DNA of 64,000 nucleotides from a virus. Below are positions 7,368-17,787 of this stretch, in pieces. Every line of letters starts with the position of its first letter. The stretch's first letter is position 1. The position numbers and the translations under genes were made by a program. The DNA is taken from UHGV virus genome UHGV-0037395. One strand, written 5' to 3'. The notes under the pieces were generated by a model that saw nothing but the letters and a program-made list of their open reading frames with translations, made no database searches and was not told the origin of the DNA.

Positions 7368-9125
7368 ATGGGTTTTTTCGCTGGAAAATATAGCGATGGT
7401 AAGACCGTACTATCTTTAAATACTGAATCTGGTGGTGACATTAATCGTCACTATAGTCCAAATGCCAATAGTATTTTTCATAGTGATATGCCATTTGTCC
7501 TAGTTGATGGTACTTATGAGTCTGGATTAGGTGATGCCGGTAATGGGTTTTTTGTATGTCAAATGCCCGCTGACATAATAAATATTAAATCTAACGATCC
7601 TGGTAGAGTTATACTAACTGCTATTGAGATAAATGGTACTCACAGAGCTTTTCTTAATGGTACTCAGAGTAAGGTGGGTCAAACTATAGTTGCCACTCAA
7701 GCAGATCCTTTTAGATCTTTTGCTAGTGTTTCCCAGACTAGTGGATTCGCATTTGGTAATAGCCTGGCATCTGGTACATATAACTATAATCCATCTATAG
7801 GGCATGAAGAATCTATCTCTAGAAATGGTACTGGTGGAACCACCCTACATAGTACGTATCATGGTATAGTTAGGCCCGGTGCAGGAGCTCCAGTAGGTAT
7901 TACTGTTGCAGAGGCCTTTGCACAGTTAGGATTCCCTACTAATAGTAGTACAGTACCTATAGATGGTAATAACCAATATTACTGGGACCCGGGATGGATG
8001 TCTCCTTTAGGGTCAGCACACAGAGGGCACGATTGGTTCTATGTTTGTAACTCTAACATACGTGGGTACGGTGGGGTAAGACAAGGTCTTCCTGGTAATG
8101 TAAATACTATGTATCATGATGGGGGTAATAGATTTGTTTGTAGGGGTTCTACAACTAATTTAGCTAACCAATCTGGTAATGCTACAATACTACAAGATTG
8201 GTATAACATAACTCCTACTAAGGTTATTTGGTACGTCTTGAATTTAAGATATTCAAATGGTGGTATGAGTATCTCTGGTAATCCTTTTACTGGTTCAGAT
8301 ATTCTTATATCTCCTTCTAATTTCATAATTAAAGGGGTTAGTCTTCCCAATACTGGATACAAGTTTATTAACCAAAACGCTTTCGGTAACTTAGGTTATA
8401 GACCAGATATGGAATATATTGGAAATAATGCAGCGTACACTGGGGCCTTTGGGGATACCACTGCAAGGTGTGAACTTGTAGGTTCTAGTAACGGGAGTTT
8501 ATGGTCTCCTGTGGACTATGGAGGGGCTAAGTCTCAAATTAGTATTTACAAATTCGGGGCTGGTAAGCAGTGGTATGTAAACTCTAATGATAATACTATC
8601 GGTAATGAACACGGGGTTGTTTGGGGACCATCAGCAGTTCCTCTGAGACTTTTTAGTGGAAATGTTGGTAGTTCTTACATGGGTGATGATATTACTCCCA
8701 GCTATCCAGGAACTGGAGATAGATACGTTGGTTTATCAACTATTGGGCTAGGTATACCAGGTGGCAATGCTACAGTAATTCTTACCACTGAAGTTATATC
8801 AGGTAATCTTAACTGTGCAGGTGTTCCTGCTAATACATGGAATAACGGTGTGTTTCAAGTGCAGGGAAGAAGAGCATATAGTTATAGTAATGGAGACGCG
8901 ATATTCCACCAGATTTTAACACTACCAGTAGGGTATTTAGTACCTTTTCATACTACATCTGCTTTTAGATACACACCTAACAATGCCCTAAGTAGAAATA
9001 GTTTTATATACACTGCTAAAAATCTGGGGAATGGAAATGTAGAGCTAGGGGTAGTTATGCACGTAAGTTTAGGTAGTGCAGTTTTTCTACCTAGATTAAG
9101 AGTAACAGTTCAACGCCTTACCTAA
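7368..9125 (+). CDS. Receptor-binding tail-tip protein, pb5/Oad family (585 aa)
   Basis: Position next to llp; N-terminal MGFFAGK..SGGD..HSDM and C-terminal ..RLT match the pb5-type pattern as recalled. The 585-aa length resembles BF23/DT57C-type (BtuB-binding) RBPs rather than the 640-aa T5 FhuA binder; that assignment is inference. Confidence 0.6.
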   Translation: MGFFAGKYSDGKTVLSLNTESGGDINRHYSPNANSIFHSDMPFVLVDGTYESGLGDAGNGFFVCQMPADIINIKSNDPGRVILTAIEINGTHRAFLNGTQSKVGQTIVATQADPFRSFASVSQTSGFAFGNSLASGTYNYNPSIGHEESISRNGTGGTTLHSTYHGIVRPGAGAPVGITVAEAFAQLGFPTNSSTVPIDGNNQYYWDPGWMSPLGSAHRGHDWFYVCNSNIRGYGGVRQGLPGNVNTMYHDGGNRFVCRGSTTNLANQSGNATILQDWYNITPTKVIWYVLNLRYSNGGMSISGNPFTGSDILISPSNFIIKGVSLPNTGYKFINQNAFGNLGYRPDMEYIGNNAAYTGAFGDTTARCELVGSSNGSLWSPVDYGGAKSQISIYKFGAGKQWYVNSNDNTIGNEHGVVWGPSAVPLRLFSGNVGSSYMGDDITPSYPGTGDRYVGLSTIGLGIPGGNATVILTTEVISGNLNCAGVPANTWNNGVFQVQGRRAYSYSNGDAIFHQILTLPVGYLVPFHTTSAFRYTPNNALSRNSFIYTAKNLGNGNVELGVVMHVSLGSAVFLPRLRVTVQRLT

Positions 9126-9135
9126 AGGAGGAAAT

Positions 9136-9618
9136 ATGGCAAATGATGTTTTAGTACCAGATCTTATGTCCCCTGAAGGGATGGATGTGATTGAAGCTTA
9201 TTTACAGTGTGGGAGTGATGTGCCTTCTGCCGCGCGTAGCCTTGGAATGTCCGAAATTGCTTTCCGAGATATTATGAATCGTAGTGAAGTTAAGAACTAC
9301 TTAAATGATATTTTTATGGAGAGTGGTTTCCGTAACAGAGATCGTTTGTTCGGTGTTCTAGATGAAGTTATTAAACGTAAGCTGGAGGAACTGGAAGAAA
9401 CTGGTATGGGTTCTGACCAGGATATTATGGATATTCTCTGGAAGGCACATAAGATGAAAATGGAGGAGATGAAAATGATGGTGGAGCTAGAAAAAGCTAA
9501 AGCTGCCGTCCGTGCTCCTGCTAATCAGACCAATATCCAGAATAATATTATTGCTGGAGCTGGGGATCAAAACTACATGGACTTAATTACTTCCCTAGCT
9601 ACTGGAGGTAAGAAGTAA
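9136..9618 (+). CDS. Terminase small subunit (putative), 160 aa
   Basis: HTH-like [16 protein letters not shown]; immediately upstream of and overlapping TerL. Confidence 0.5.
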   Translation: MANDVLVPDLMSPEGMDVIEAYLQCGSDVPSAARSLGMSEIAFRDIMNRSEVKNYLNDIFMESGFRNRDRLFGVLDEVIKRKLEELEETGMGSDQDIMDILWKAHKMKMEEMKMMVELEKAKAAVRAPANQTNIQNNIIAGAGDQNYMDLITSLATGGKK

Positions 9619-10934
9619 TGGAAGTATCAAGACCCTACGTTAACACAGTAGATGTTATTGATTTCGGAATAGATAAACGTTTCTTTCGTCTACCCGTTTC
9701 AGGAATACTAGCACAAGAAGGTATTACACCTAATGGTCCCCAAATAGCAATTATTAATGCTCTAGAAGACCCTAGACATCGTTTTGTAACGGCGTGTGTA
9801 TCACGTCGTGTAGGTAAATCCTTCATCGCATATACACTTGGGTTCCTAAAATTGCTGGAGCCTAACGTAAAGGTGCTAGTAGTTGCTCCTAACTACTCAC
9901 TGGCCAACATCGGATGGTCTCAGATTCGTGGTCTTATTAAAAAATATGGCCTACAAACCGAACGTGAGAATGCTAAAGATAAAGAGATTGAGTTAGCTAA
10001 TGGTTCTCTGTTTAAACTAGCTTCTGCGGCGCAGGCTGACTCCGCAGTTGGGCGTTCATATGACTTTATCATCTTTGATGAGGCGGCAATTTCCGATGTA
10101 GGTGGTGATGCCTTTAGAGTTCAGTTGCGTCCTACCCTAGATAAACCAAACTCTAAGGCTCTATTTATCTCTACTCCTCGTGGGGGTAACTGGTTTAAAG
10201 AGTTTTACGCCTATGGATTTGATGATACATTACCTAACTGGGTATCTATTCATGGTACATATCGTGATAATCCACGTGCTGACCTGAATGATATTGAGGA
10301 AGCACGTCGTACAGTTAGTAAAAACTACTTCCGTCAGGAATATGAGGCTGACTTCTCTGTATTCGAAGGTCAGATATTCGATACCTTTAATGCCATCGAC
10401 CATGTTAAAGATCTCAAAGGTATGCGTCACTTCTTTAAAGATGATGAAGCATTCGAAACGTTGCTTGGTATTGACGTTGGTTATCGTGATCCTACAGCAG
10501 TTCTTACTATTAAGTACCACTATGATACGGATACTTACTATGTATTAGAAGAGTACCAGCAGGCGGAGAAAACCACAGCTCAGCATGCGGCTTACATTCA
10601 GCACTGTATAGATCGTTATAAAGTTGATCGTGTTTTTGTTGACTCTGCCGCAGCTCAGTTCCGTCAGGACTTAGCTTATGAACATGAAATTGCATCGGCT
10701 CCAGCTAAAAAATCTGTCCTAGATGGATTAGCATGTTTACAAGCACTATTCCAACAAGGCAAGATTATTGTAGATGCCTCATGTTCCTCATTAATCCACG
10801 CGTTACAGAACTATAAATGGGATTTCCAAGAAGGTGAAGAAAAATTATCACGTGAAAAACCACGTCATGATGCTAACTCTCACCTTTGTGATGCACTGCG
10901 CTATGGAATTTACTCTATTTCCCGTGGTAAATAA
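9618..10934 (+). CDS. Terminase large subunit (438 aa)
   Basis: Walker-A-like VSRRVGKS, an ATPase plus nuclease architecture, and the same length as T5 TerL. Confidence 0.8.
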   Translation: MEVSRPYVNTVDVIDFGIDKRFFRLPVSGILAQEGITPNGPQIAIINALEDPRHRFVTACVSRRVGKSFIAYTLGFLKLLEPNVKVLVVAPNYSLANIGWSQIRGLIKKYGLQTERENAKDKEIELANGSLFKLASAAQADSAVGRSYDFIIFDEAAISDVGGDAFRVQLRPTLDKPNSKALFISTPRGGNWFKEFYAYGFDDTLPNWVSIHGTYRDNPRADLNDIEEARRTVSKNYFRQEYEADFSVFEGQIFDTFNAIDHVKDLKGMRHFFKDDEAFETLLGIDVGYRDPTAVLTIKYHYDTDTYYVLEEYQQAEKTTAQHAAYIQHCIDRYKVDRVFVDSAAAQFRQDLAYEHEIASAPAKKSVLDGLACLQALFQQGKIIVDASCSSLIHALQNYKWDFQEGEEKLSREKPRHDANSHLCDALRYGIYSISRGK

Positions 10935-11105
10935 ATAAGTATAGGAAGGGATACTACTCAGTTGGTATCCCATTCCTGCATTTTAAAATCCCCTTTACAA
11001 ATTCGATACGATTATGTATACTATATTCATTGATCGGGAGAACTTCTCCCATAATAGAACGTAAACAAGAAGAATTAATGCTCTACACGGAGCGTAGGAG
11101 ATTCT

Positions 11106-11780
11106 ATGGGTCGACAAAAGCTAACAATAAAAGATATAAATACTAGATTAGCTGATCGTGGAATCCAAATTATCGGTGAATATGTAAACCAACGTACAAA
11201 AACAGTATTTAAATGCCAAAGAGCACACGTTTGGGAAGCAACACCACATTCTGTACTTCATATGAGGAGAGGTTGTCCATACTGCGCCTCTAATACAATA
11301 TCGTTAGATGAAGTTAGTAACAGAATATCTAACATAGGATACACTCTGTTAAATAGTTATACTAATGCTAAAACAAAACTACATCTACGCTGTAATAATG
11401 GTCATGACTGCTTTATTACCCTAGACGGATTGACTCAAGGTAAAAGATGTCCTTATTGTTCTCTTAAATGGGATAATGGTGGGTTCCTCTATATCATGTC
11501 CTCATCTAGAGGTACTAAAGTAGGTATAAGCTTATATCCCGAGAAGCGGCTGAACGAAGTTAAAAGAGAATCTGGGTTTTCCGATCTATGCTTATTCACC
11601 GTGTATCATCTGCCAGATAGAGAGACTGCTCTAGACTTGGAGAAGGAAGTTCACAGGGAATACTACAATAAAAACTGTGGATTTTCTAATTTTACAGGAA
11701 GCACAGAATTTTTTGATGTTGCTCCTGAGGATATAGTAGTCTTTCTAGATAATTTTGGATTGGAGGAATATGGCCACTAA
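11106..11780 (+). CDS. Homing endonuclease, GIY-YIG/T5orf172-like, with Zn-finger-like CPYC repeats (224 aa)
   Basis: GFLYIMSS..KVGIS..RLNE is GIY-YIG-like; CPYC occurs twice. Confidence 0.45.
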   Translation: MGRQKLTIKDINTRLADRGIQIIGEYVNQRTKTVFKCQRAHVWEATPHSVLHMRRGCPYCASNTISLDEVSNRISNIGYTLLNSYTNAKTKLHLRCNNGHDCFITLDGLTQGKRCPYCSLKWDNGGFLYIMSSSRGTKVGISLYPEKRLNEVKRESGFSDLCLFTVYHLPDRETALDLEKEVHREYYNKNCGFSNFTGSTEFFDVAPEDIVVFLDNFGLEEYGH

Positions 11781-12207
11781 TACTAAATACAAACGTGATG
11801 CCATTTCCATAATGAGAGATGGTATAAAATCTAGGTATAATAAGGGTGGTTGCTGTGCTATATGCGGTAGTAGTGAAGACCTAGAACTTCATCATTACTA
11901 TACTATATCTCAACTAATTAAAAAATTTGCCAAAGAACTCCAGTTGGATTTCACTGATGAGAATACCGTCCTTTCAAATAGGGAAGCATTCTATAAGAAA
12001 TATGAGCATGAATTAGTTAGAGACGTGGTAACATTATGCCAGCACCATCACCAATTATTACATAAGGTTTACACAAAAGAACCTCCTTTATTTTCTGCTA
12101 ATAAGCAAAAAGTGTGGGTTCAAAAGCAGAAAGACAAATTACAGAATCCTCAAGAAAAGACACAAGTCAAGACTGAAACAAAATCAGGATTCGCAAGGTT
12201 CTTATAA
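11755..12207 (+). CDS. HNH endonuclease (150 aa)
   Basis: CAICGS..LELHHYY..CQHHHQLLH is an HNH/Zn motif. Confidence 0.55.
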   Translation: MDWRNMATNTKYKRDAISIMRDGIKSRYNKGGCCAICGSSEDLELHHYYTISQLIKKFAKELQLDFTDENTVLSNREAFYKKYEHELVRDVVTLCQHHHQLLHKVYTKEPPLFSANKQKVWVQKQKDKLQNPQEKTQVKTETKSGFARFL

Positions 12208-13424
12208 TGGGTTTTAAAAGCTGGATTACTGAAAAGCTAAATCCGGGTCAACGTATTATAAGAGACATGGAACCAGTTAGTCATCGCACTAACCGTAAGC
12301 CTTTTACCACTGGACAAGCCTACAGTAAAATTGAGATTCTCAATAGAACTGCTAATATGGTTATAGATAGTGCGGCGGAGTGTTCTTATACTGTCGGAGA
12401 TAAATATAATATTGTCACGTATGCCAATGGCATCAAGACAAAGACTCTAGACACTCTCTTAAATGTACGACCTAATCCATTCATGGATATAAGCACATTC
12501 CGTAGACTTGTAGTCACTGACCTACTTTTTGAAGGTTGTGCATACATCTATTGGGATGGCACAGCACTTTATCATGTCCCTGCTGCATTAATGCAAGTAG
12601 AGGCAGATGCCAATAAGTTTATCAAAAAATTTATATTTAATAACCAGATAGACTATCGCGTAGATGAGATTATCTTTATAAAGGATAACAGTTACGTGTG
12701 TGGCACAAATTCTCAAATTTCTGGACAATCTCGTGTTGCTACTGTTATTGATTCTCTTGAGAAGCGTTCCAAGATGCTTAACTTTAAAGAGAAGTTTCTC
12801 GATAACGGAACCGTGATTGGTCTTATTCTTGAGACGGATGAAATCCTGAACAAGAAATTGCGTGAGCGTAAACAAGAAGAATTACAACTCGATTATAATC
12901 CTAGTACGGGTCAGTCTTCTGTCCTGATTCTAGATGGTGGTATGAAAGCTAAACCGTACTCCCAAATATCCTCTTTTAAAGATCTAGACTTTAAGGAAGA
13001 CATTGAAGGATTTAATAAATCTATTTGTCTAGCCTTTGGTGTTCCGCAGGTGCTACTTGATGGTGGTAATAATGCGAACATTCGACCAAACATCGAATTG
13101 TTCTATTATATGACTATCATTCCTATGCTGAACAAACTGACTAGTTCTCTTACTTTCTTTTTTGGTTATAAGATTACTCCTAATACTAAGGAAGTAGCTG
13201 CGTTAACACCAGATAAAGAAGCTGAGGCTAAACATTTAACCTCATTGGTTAATAATGGTATTATGACTGGTAACGAAGCTCGTTCAGAGCTGAACCTTGA
13301 ACCTTTAGATGATGAGCAGATGAATAAGATTCGTATTCCTGCTAACGTTGCTGGTTCTGCAACAGGTGTATCTGGTCAAGAAGGTGGTAGACCTCAAGGT
13401 TCCACCGAGGGAGATAAAGAATGA
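12207..13424 (+). CDS. Portal protein (pb7-like), 405 aa
   Basis: Position after the terminase; size matches the T5 portal. Confidence 0.75.
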   Translation: MGFKSWITEKLNPGQRIIRDMEPVSHRTNRKPFTTGQAYSKIEILNRTANMVIDSAAECSYTVGDKYNIVTYANGIKTKTLDTLLNVRPNPFMDISTFRRLVVTDLLFEGCAYIYWDGTALYHVPAALMQVEADANKFIKKFIFNNQIDYRVDEIIFIKDNSYVCGTNSQISGQSRVATVIDSLEKRSKMLNFKEKFLDNGTVIGLILETDEILNKKLRERKQEELQLDYNPSTGQSSVLILDGGMKAKPYSQISSFKDLDFKEDIEGFNKSICLAFGVPQVLLDGGNNANIRPNIELFYYMTIIPMLNKLTSSLTFFFGYKITPNTKEVAALTPDKEAEAKHLTSLVNNGIMTGNEARSELNLEPLDDEQMNKIRIPANVAGSATGVSGQEGGRPQGSTEGDKE

Positions 13425-13906
13425 TTGATTATAATGGTCTAAAGACCATTTTTGGTGAAAAACTACCAGAATCTCATATCTTCTTTGCTACGGTTGCTGC
13501 GCATAAATATGTTCCTAGCTATGCTTTTCTGCGTAGAGAACTAGGACTTTCATCTGCGCATACTAACCGTAAAGTATGGAAGAAATTTGTAGAGGCTTAT
13601 GGTAAAGCAGTTCCTCCTGCTCCACCATTAACTCTTTCTAAAGATTTAACTGCTAGCATGTCCGTTGAAGAGGGAGCAGCATTAACACTTTCTGTTACTG
13701 CAGCTGGTGGTACTGGTCCATATACTTATGCATGGACTAAAGATGGTTCTCCGATTCCGGATGCTTCAGGAGCTACCTATACTAAGCCTACAGCAGCAGC
13801 TGAGGATGCCGGCTCTTATAAAGTAACTGTAACAGATAGTAAGCAAGTAAGTAAGGATTCTACTGCATGTGCTGTAACAGTTAATCCTACTGTTCCTGGA
13901 GGCTAA
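13421..13906 (+). CDS. Ig-like domain protein, possibly the capsid decoration protein (pb10-like), 161 aa
   Basis: C-terminal Ig-like segment PYTYAWTKDGSPI..GSYKVTVTD. Confidence 0.4.
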   Translation: MIDYNGLKTIFGEKLPESHIFFATVAAHKYVPSYAFLRRELGLSSAHTNRKVWKKFVEAYGKAVPPAPPLTLSKDLTASMSVEEGAALTLSVTAAGGTGPYTYAWTKDGSPIPDASGATYTKPTAAAEDAGSYKVTVTDSKQVSKDSTACAVTVNPTVPGG

Positions 13907-13909
13907 TAA

Positions 13910-14542
13910 ATGACACAAGCTGCTATTGACTATAACAAGTTAAAATCAGCACCGGTTCATTTAGATGCTTATATTAAATCTATTGATAGCGAATCCAAAG
14001 AAGGTGTTGTAAAAATCCGTGGATTCGCTAATACAATTAGTAAAGATCGTGCTGGTGATGTAATTCCTGCCTCCGCATGGAAAACGTCTAATGCACTTGC
14101 TAACTACATGAAAAACCCGATTATTCTTTTCGGACATGACCATCGTCGTCCAATCGGCAAGTGTATTGATCTTAACCCTACTGAAATGGGTCTCGAAATC
14201 GAATGTGAGATCTATGAAAGTTCCGATCCGGCTATCTTTTCACTAATTAAAAACGGTGTACTGAAAACTTTTAGTATCGGATTCCGCTGCCTAGATGCAG
14301 AGTGGGATGAAGCTACTGATATATTTATTATTAAAGATTTAGAACTATACGAAGTTTCGGTAGTTTCTGTACCTTGTAATCAGGACTCAACGTTCAATCT
14401 CGCTAAGAGCATGAATGGTCATGATTATACTGAATGGCGTAAATCTTTTACTGCAATAAGTTCTAAAGCTGTCCCAGCTCAAGAACGTAATCTTTCTGAA
14501 CTAGAAAAACTTGCGATAGCTTTAGGCTACGTTAAAGAATAA
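13910..14542 (+). CDS. Prohead maturation protease (pb11-like), 210 aa
   Basis: Lies between the portal and the MCP; same size as the T5 protease. Confidence 0.65.
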   Translation: MTQAAIDYNKLKSAPVHLDAYIKSIDSESKEGVVKIRGFANTISKDRAGDVIPASAWKTSNALANYMKNPIILFGHDHRRPIGKCIDLNPTEMGLEIECEIYESSDPAIFSLIKNGVLKTFSIGFRCLDAEWDEATDIFIIKDLELYEVSVVSVPCNQDSTFNLAKSMNGHDYTEWRKSFTAISSKAVPAQERNLSELEKLAIALGYVKE

Positions 14543-14559
14543 CGGAGAATTATTTAAAA

Positions 14560-15933
14560 ATGACTATTGATATTAATAAGCTGAAAGAAGAACTTGGTCT
14601 GGGTGATCTGGCTAAATCTCTGGAAGGTCTGACCGCTGCTCAGAAAGCTCAGGAAGCTGAACGTATGCGTAAAGAGCAGGAAGAAAAAGAACTGGCTCGT
14701 ATGAATGACCTGGTTTCTAAAGCAGTTGGCGAAGACCGTAAGCGTCTGGAAGAGGCTCTGGAACTGGTTAAGTCGCTGGATGAGAAATCTAAGAAGAGTA
14801 ATGAACTGTTCGCACAGACCGTAGAAAAACAACAGGAAACTATTGTTGGTCTTCAGGATGAAATTAAATCTCTGCTGACAGCTCGTGAAGGTCGTTCCTT
14901 CGTCGGTGATAGCGTAGCTAAAGCACTGTATGGTACTCAGGAAAACTTTGAAGACGAAGTAGAAAAACTGGTTCTGTTATCTTATGTAATGGAAAAAGGC
15001 GTATTCGAGACCGAGCATGGTCAGAGACACCTGAAAGCAGTGAATCAGTCTTCTTCCGTAGAAGTTTCTAGTGAAAGCTATGAAACTATTTTCTCTCAGC
15101 GTATTATCCGCGACCTGCAGAAAGAGCTGGTAGTTGGTGCACTGTTCGAAGAACTGCCGATGTCTAGTAAGATTCTTACTATGCTGGTTGAACCAGATGC
15201 TGGTAAAGCTACTTGGGTTGCTGCTTCTACCTATGGTACTGATGCAACTACTGGTGATGAAGTTAAGGGCGCTCTTAAAGAAATTCACTTCAGTACTTAC
15301 AAACTGGCTGCTAAGTCCTTCATTACTGATGAAACTGAAGAAGATGCAATCTTCTCCCTGCTGCCACTGCTACGTAAGCGTCTGATTGAAGCACATGCTG
15401 TTTCTATCGAAGAAGCTTTCATGACTGGCGATGGTTCTGGTAAGCCGAAAGGTCTGCTGACTCTTGCTAGCGAAGATAGTGCTAAGGTTGCTACTGAAGC
15501 TAAAGCTGATGGTTCCGTACTGGTAACTGCTAAAACTATCTCTAAACTGCGTCGTAAACTGGGGCGTCATGGTCTGAAACTGTCCAAACTGGTACTGATT
15601 GTATCTATGGATGCTTACTATGATCTGCTGGAAGATGAAGAATGGCAGGATGTTGCCCAGGTTGGTAACGATGCTGTTAAACTGCAGGGTCAGGTTGGTC
15701 GTATTTACGGTCTGCCGGTTGTAGTTTCTGAGTACTTCCCAGCTAAAGCTGCTTCCGCAGAGTTCGCAGTTATTGTTTATAAAGATAACTTTGTAATGCC
15801 GCGTCAGCGTGCTGTTACTGTCGAACGTGAGCGCCAAGCTGGTAAACAGCGTGACGCATACTACGTTACCCAGCGTGTTAACCTGCAACGTTACTTTGCA
15901 AATGGCGTTGTATCTGGTACTTATGCTGCTTAA
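14560..15933 (+). CDS. Major capsid protein (HK97 fold) with an N-terminal scaffolding delta domain (pb8-like), 457 aa
   Basis: Coiled-coil N-terminus, T5 pb8 size, and highly optimised codon usage. Confidence 0.85.
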   Translation: MTIDINKLKEELGLGDLAKSLEGLTAAQKAQEAERMRKEQEEKELARMNDLVSKAVGEDRKRLEEALELVKSLDEKSKKSNELFAQTVEKQQETIVGLQDEIKSLLTAREGRSFVGDSVAKALYGTQENFEDEVEKLVLLSYVMEKGVFETEHGQRHLKAVNQSSSVEVSSESYETIFSQRIIRDLQKELVVGALFEELPMSSKILTMLVEPDAGKATWVAASTYGTDATTGDEVKGALKEIHFSTYKLAAKSFITDETEEDAIFSLLPLLRKRLIEAHAVSIEEAFMTGDGSGKPKGLLTLASEDSAKVATEAKADGSVLVTAKTISKLRRKLGRHGLKLSKLVLIVSMDAYYDLLEDEEWQDVAQVGNDAVKLQGQVGRIYGLPVVVSEYFPAKAASAEFAVIVYKDNFVMPRQRAVTVERERQAGKQRDAYYVTQRVNLQRYFANGVVSGTYAA

Positions 15934-15954
15934 TACAGGCTTTTCAGCCGATAA

Positions 15955-15995
15955 GGAGAGCTTCGGCTCTCCTTTTTTATTGGGAAAAATAAATG
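15955..15995 (+). terminator. Intrinsic terminator (ggagagc-ttcg-gctctcc + T6) followed by the TTATTGGGAAAAATAAA motif and an ATG
   Basis: Direct reading. Confidence 0.7.
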
Positions 15996-16505
15996 CAAAT
16001 CATTACAGCCGAAGATTATAGATTATATGGTAGCTTAAAACGACCTGAACTAGAATCTGGTGTAGAAATGATGATTACTGCTGCCAATGCGCTGATTACG
16101 AGCCTTCTAGGCATGGATGATGCTGATGCGGTAGACCAGTTAATCAATACAAAACCTACACGTAGAAAATATTTTCTGAGTTCACCATCTGCTACCTCCG
16201 TAACTAAAGTGACGATTAACGATAATGAGATTGACCCAGAGCAGTATAAGCTATACTCTGACGGTATTATCCTTCTCAAATTTAATCCTCCAGAAGGTTA
16301 TATGGATGTAGCATATACACAAGGTGGATTCAATCCAATACCTGAAGATCTCAAACTTGCAGCATGTATGCTAGTAGATCATTGGCATAAACAAGATTAT
16401 CGCCAAGCTAAAACAATTGGTGGTGAAACAGTAACCTTCAATAGCACTAAGTCTGGTATTCCAGAGCATATTCGTACTATTATTGAAGTATATAGGAGAG
16501 TATAA
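15993..16505 (+). CDS. Head completion / connector protein (170 aa)
   Basis: Position between the MCP and the tail genes. Confidence 0.45.
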   Translation: MQIITAEDYRLYGSLKRPELESGVEMMITAANALITSLLGMDDADAVDQLINTKPTRRKYFLSSPSATSVTKVTINDNEIDPEQYKLYSDGIILLKFNPPEGYMDVAYTQGGFNPIPEDLKLAACMLVDHWHKQDYRQAKTIGGETVTFNSTKSGIPEHIRTIIEVYRRV

Positions 16506-17272
16506 TGTCTCTTTCCGATCTAGCTAAACAAATTATTAAAGAGCAGCTAGATACTGCAGGACGATCTGAAAATAATAAGAATACTGTTGTGTACTCTGTT
16601 GAGACAGGATTAAAAGATCCTACCAGAGATGGTACTGTTGCTCAAGTATCCTTTAAGTTTTCAAAACCCGTATCACAAGATCTCCTTGATGTTAGAACAG
16701 CCTCTATACTAAAAGCGGTATCCTCTAGTTTAGATCTTTCAGGGGATTTAGGTGCTCTAGAAAATCTTATACAGGCAACTGCTGGCAAAAAATCTGCTGT
16801 AGGTAAAAAACGTTCTACAGGCAGAGTACAGGTAAACTTTGGGGATCCTAGAGACGTAGAGGATGGATACTCAGGTGCAATAACAGGTGCTTCCGGACGT
16901 TTTGTATCAAATAGCAATATGAAGGTTATATTAGAGATAGTGGCTAAAGAGTACTTAATAAAGGATATGAAGAAGACAGGAGCGCCATTAAAATTTAGAA
17001 CTGGCAGGTTTGCAAATTCTCTGAAAATTAAGGATGTTATGCTTAGAGATGCAGAGACTAGTAAAGGTGCTCCTGAACTAAACGTGACGTATAATTATAT
17101 GGTACGTCCATATTCTGTATTTAATCCAGCAGTATCTACATATCGAAGATTATCTCTACGACCTTACCCAGGCGCTAGAAACCCCCAAAAACTTATTGGT
17201 GAGGCTATAGCAAAAGCTGCAAGAGACCTGATTCACTCTAGATATAAAATCAAGGTTAATCAAGGAACCTAA
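16505..17272 (+). CDS. Neck / tail completion protein (255 aa)
   Basis: Synteny with the T5 p143-type gene. Confidence 0.45.
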   Translation: MSLSDLAKQIIKEQLDTAGRSENNKNTVVYSVETGLKDPTRDGTVAQVSFKFSKPVSQDLLDVRTASILKAVSSSLDLSGDLGALENLIQATAGKKSAVGKKRSTGRVQVNFGDPRDVEDGYSGAITGASGRFVSNSNMKVILEIVAKEYLIKDMKKTGAPLKFRTGRFANSLKIKDVMLRDAETSKGAPELNVTYNYMVRPYSVFNPAVSTYRRLSLRPYPGARNPQKLIGEAIAKAARDLIHSRYKIKVNQGT

Positions 17273-17275
17273 TAA

Positions 17276-17761
17276 ATGGATCATAGAACAAGTATTGCAC
17301 AAGCTCTGGTTGACCGTATATCTAAACAGTTGGATGGTTCTCAACCTGACGAATATTTTAATAACCTATATGGAAACGTTTCTCGTCAAACTTATAAATT
17401 TGAGGAAATACGAGAGTTTCCTTATGTGGCAGTTCATATCGGAACTGAAACTGGGCAGTATCTTCCTTCGGGCCAACAGTGGATGTTTTTAGAACTTCCA
17501 ATCCTGGTGTACGATAAAGAGAAAACAGACATTCAAGAGCAACTTGAAAAACTCGTAGCGGATATAAAAACCGTTATTGACACAGGTGGAAATTTAGAAT
17601 ATACTGTTAGTAAACCTAATGGATCGACCTTCCCATGTGAGGCAACTGATATGATCATTACATCAGTTAGTACAGATGAGGGTCTACTGGCCCCATATGG
17701 TTTAGCAGAAATAAATGTAACAGTGAGGTATCAGCCTCCACGTAGGTCACTTCGCAGATAA
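17276..17761 (+). CDS. Tail terminator-like protein (161 aa)
   Basis: Synteny with the T5 p142-type gene. Confidence 0.4.
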   Translation: MDHRTSIAQALVDRISKQLDGSQPDEYFNNLYGNVSRQTYKFEEIREFPYVAVHIGTETGQYLPSGQQWMFLELPILVYDKEKTDIQEQLEKLVADIKTVIDTGGNLEYTVSKPNGSTFPCEATDMIITSVSTDEGLLAPYGLAEINVTVRYQPPRRSLRR

Positions 17762-17787
17762 GTTACAGATTAGGAGAAAATAATTAA

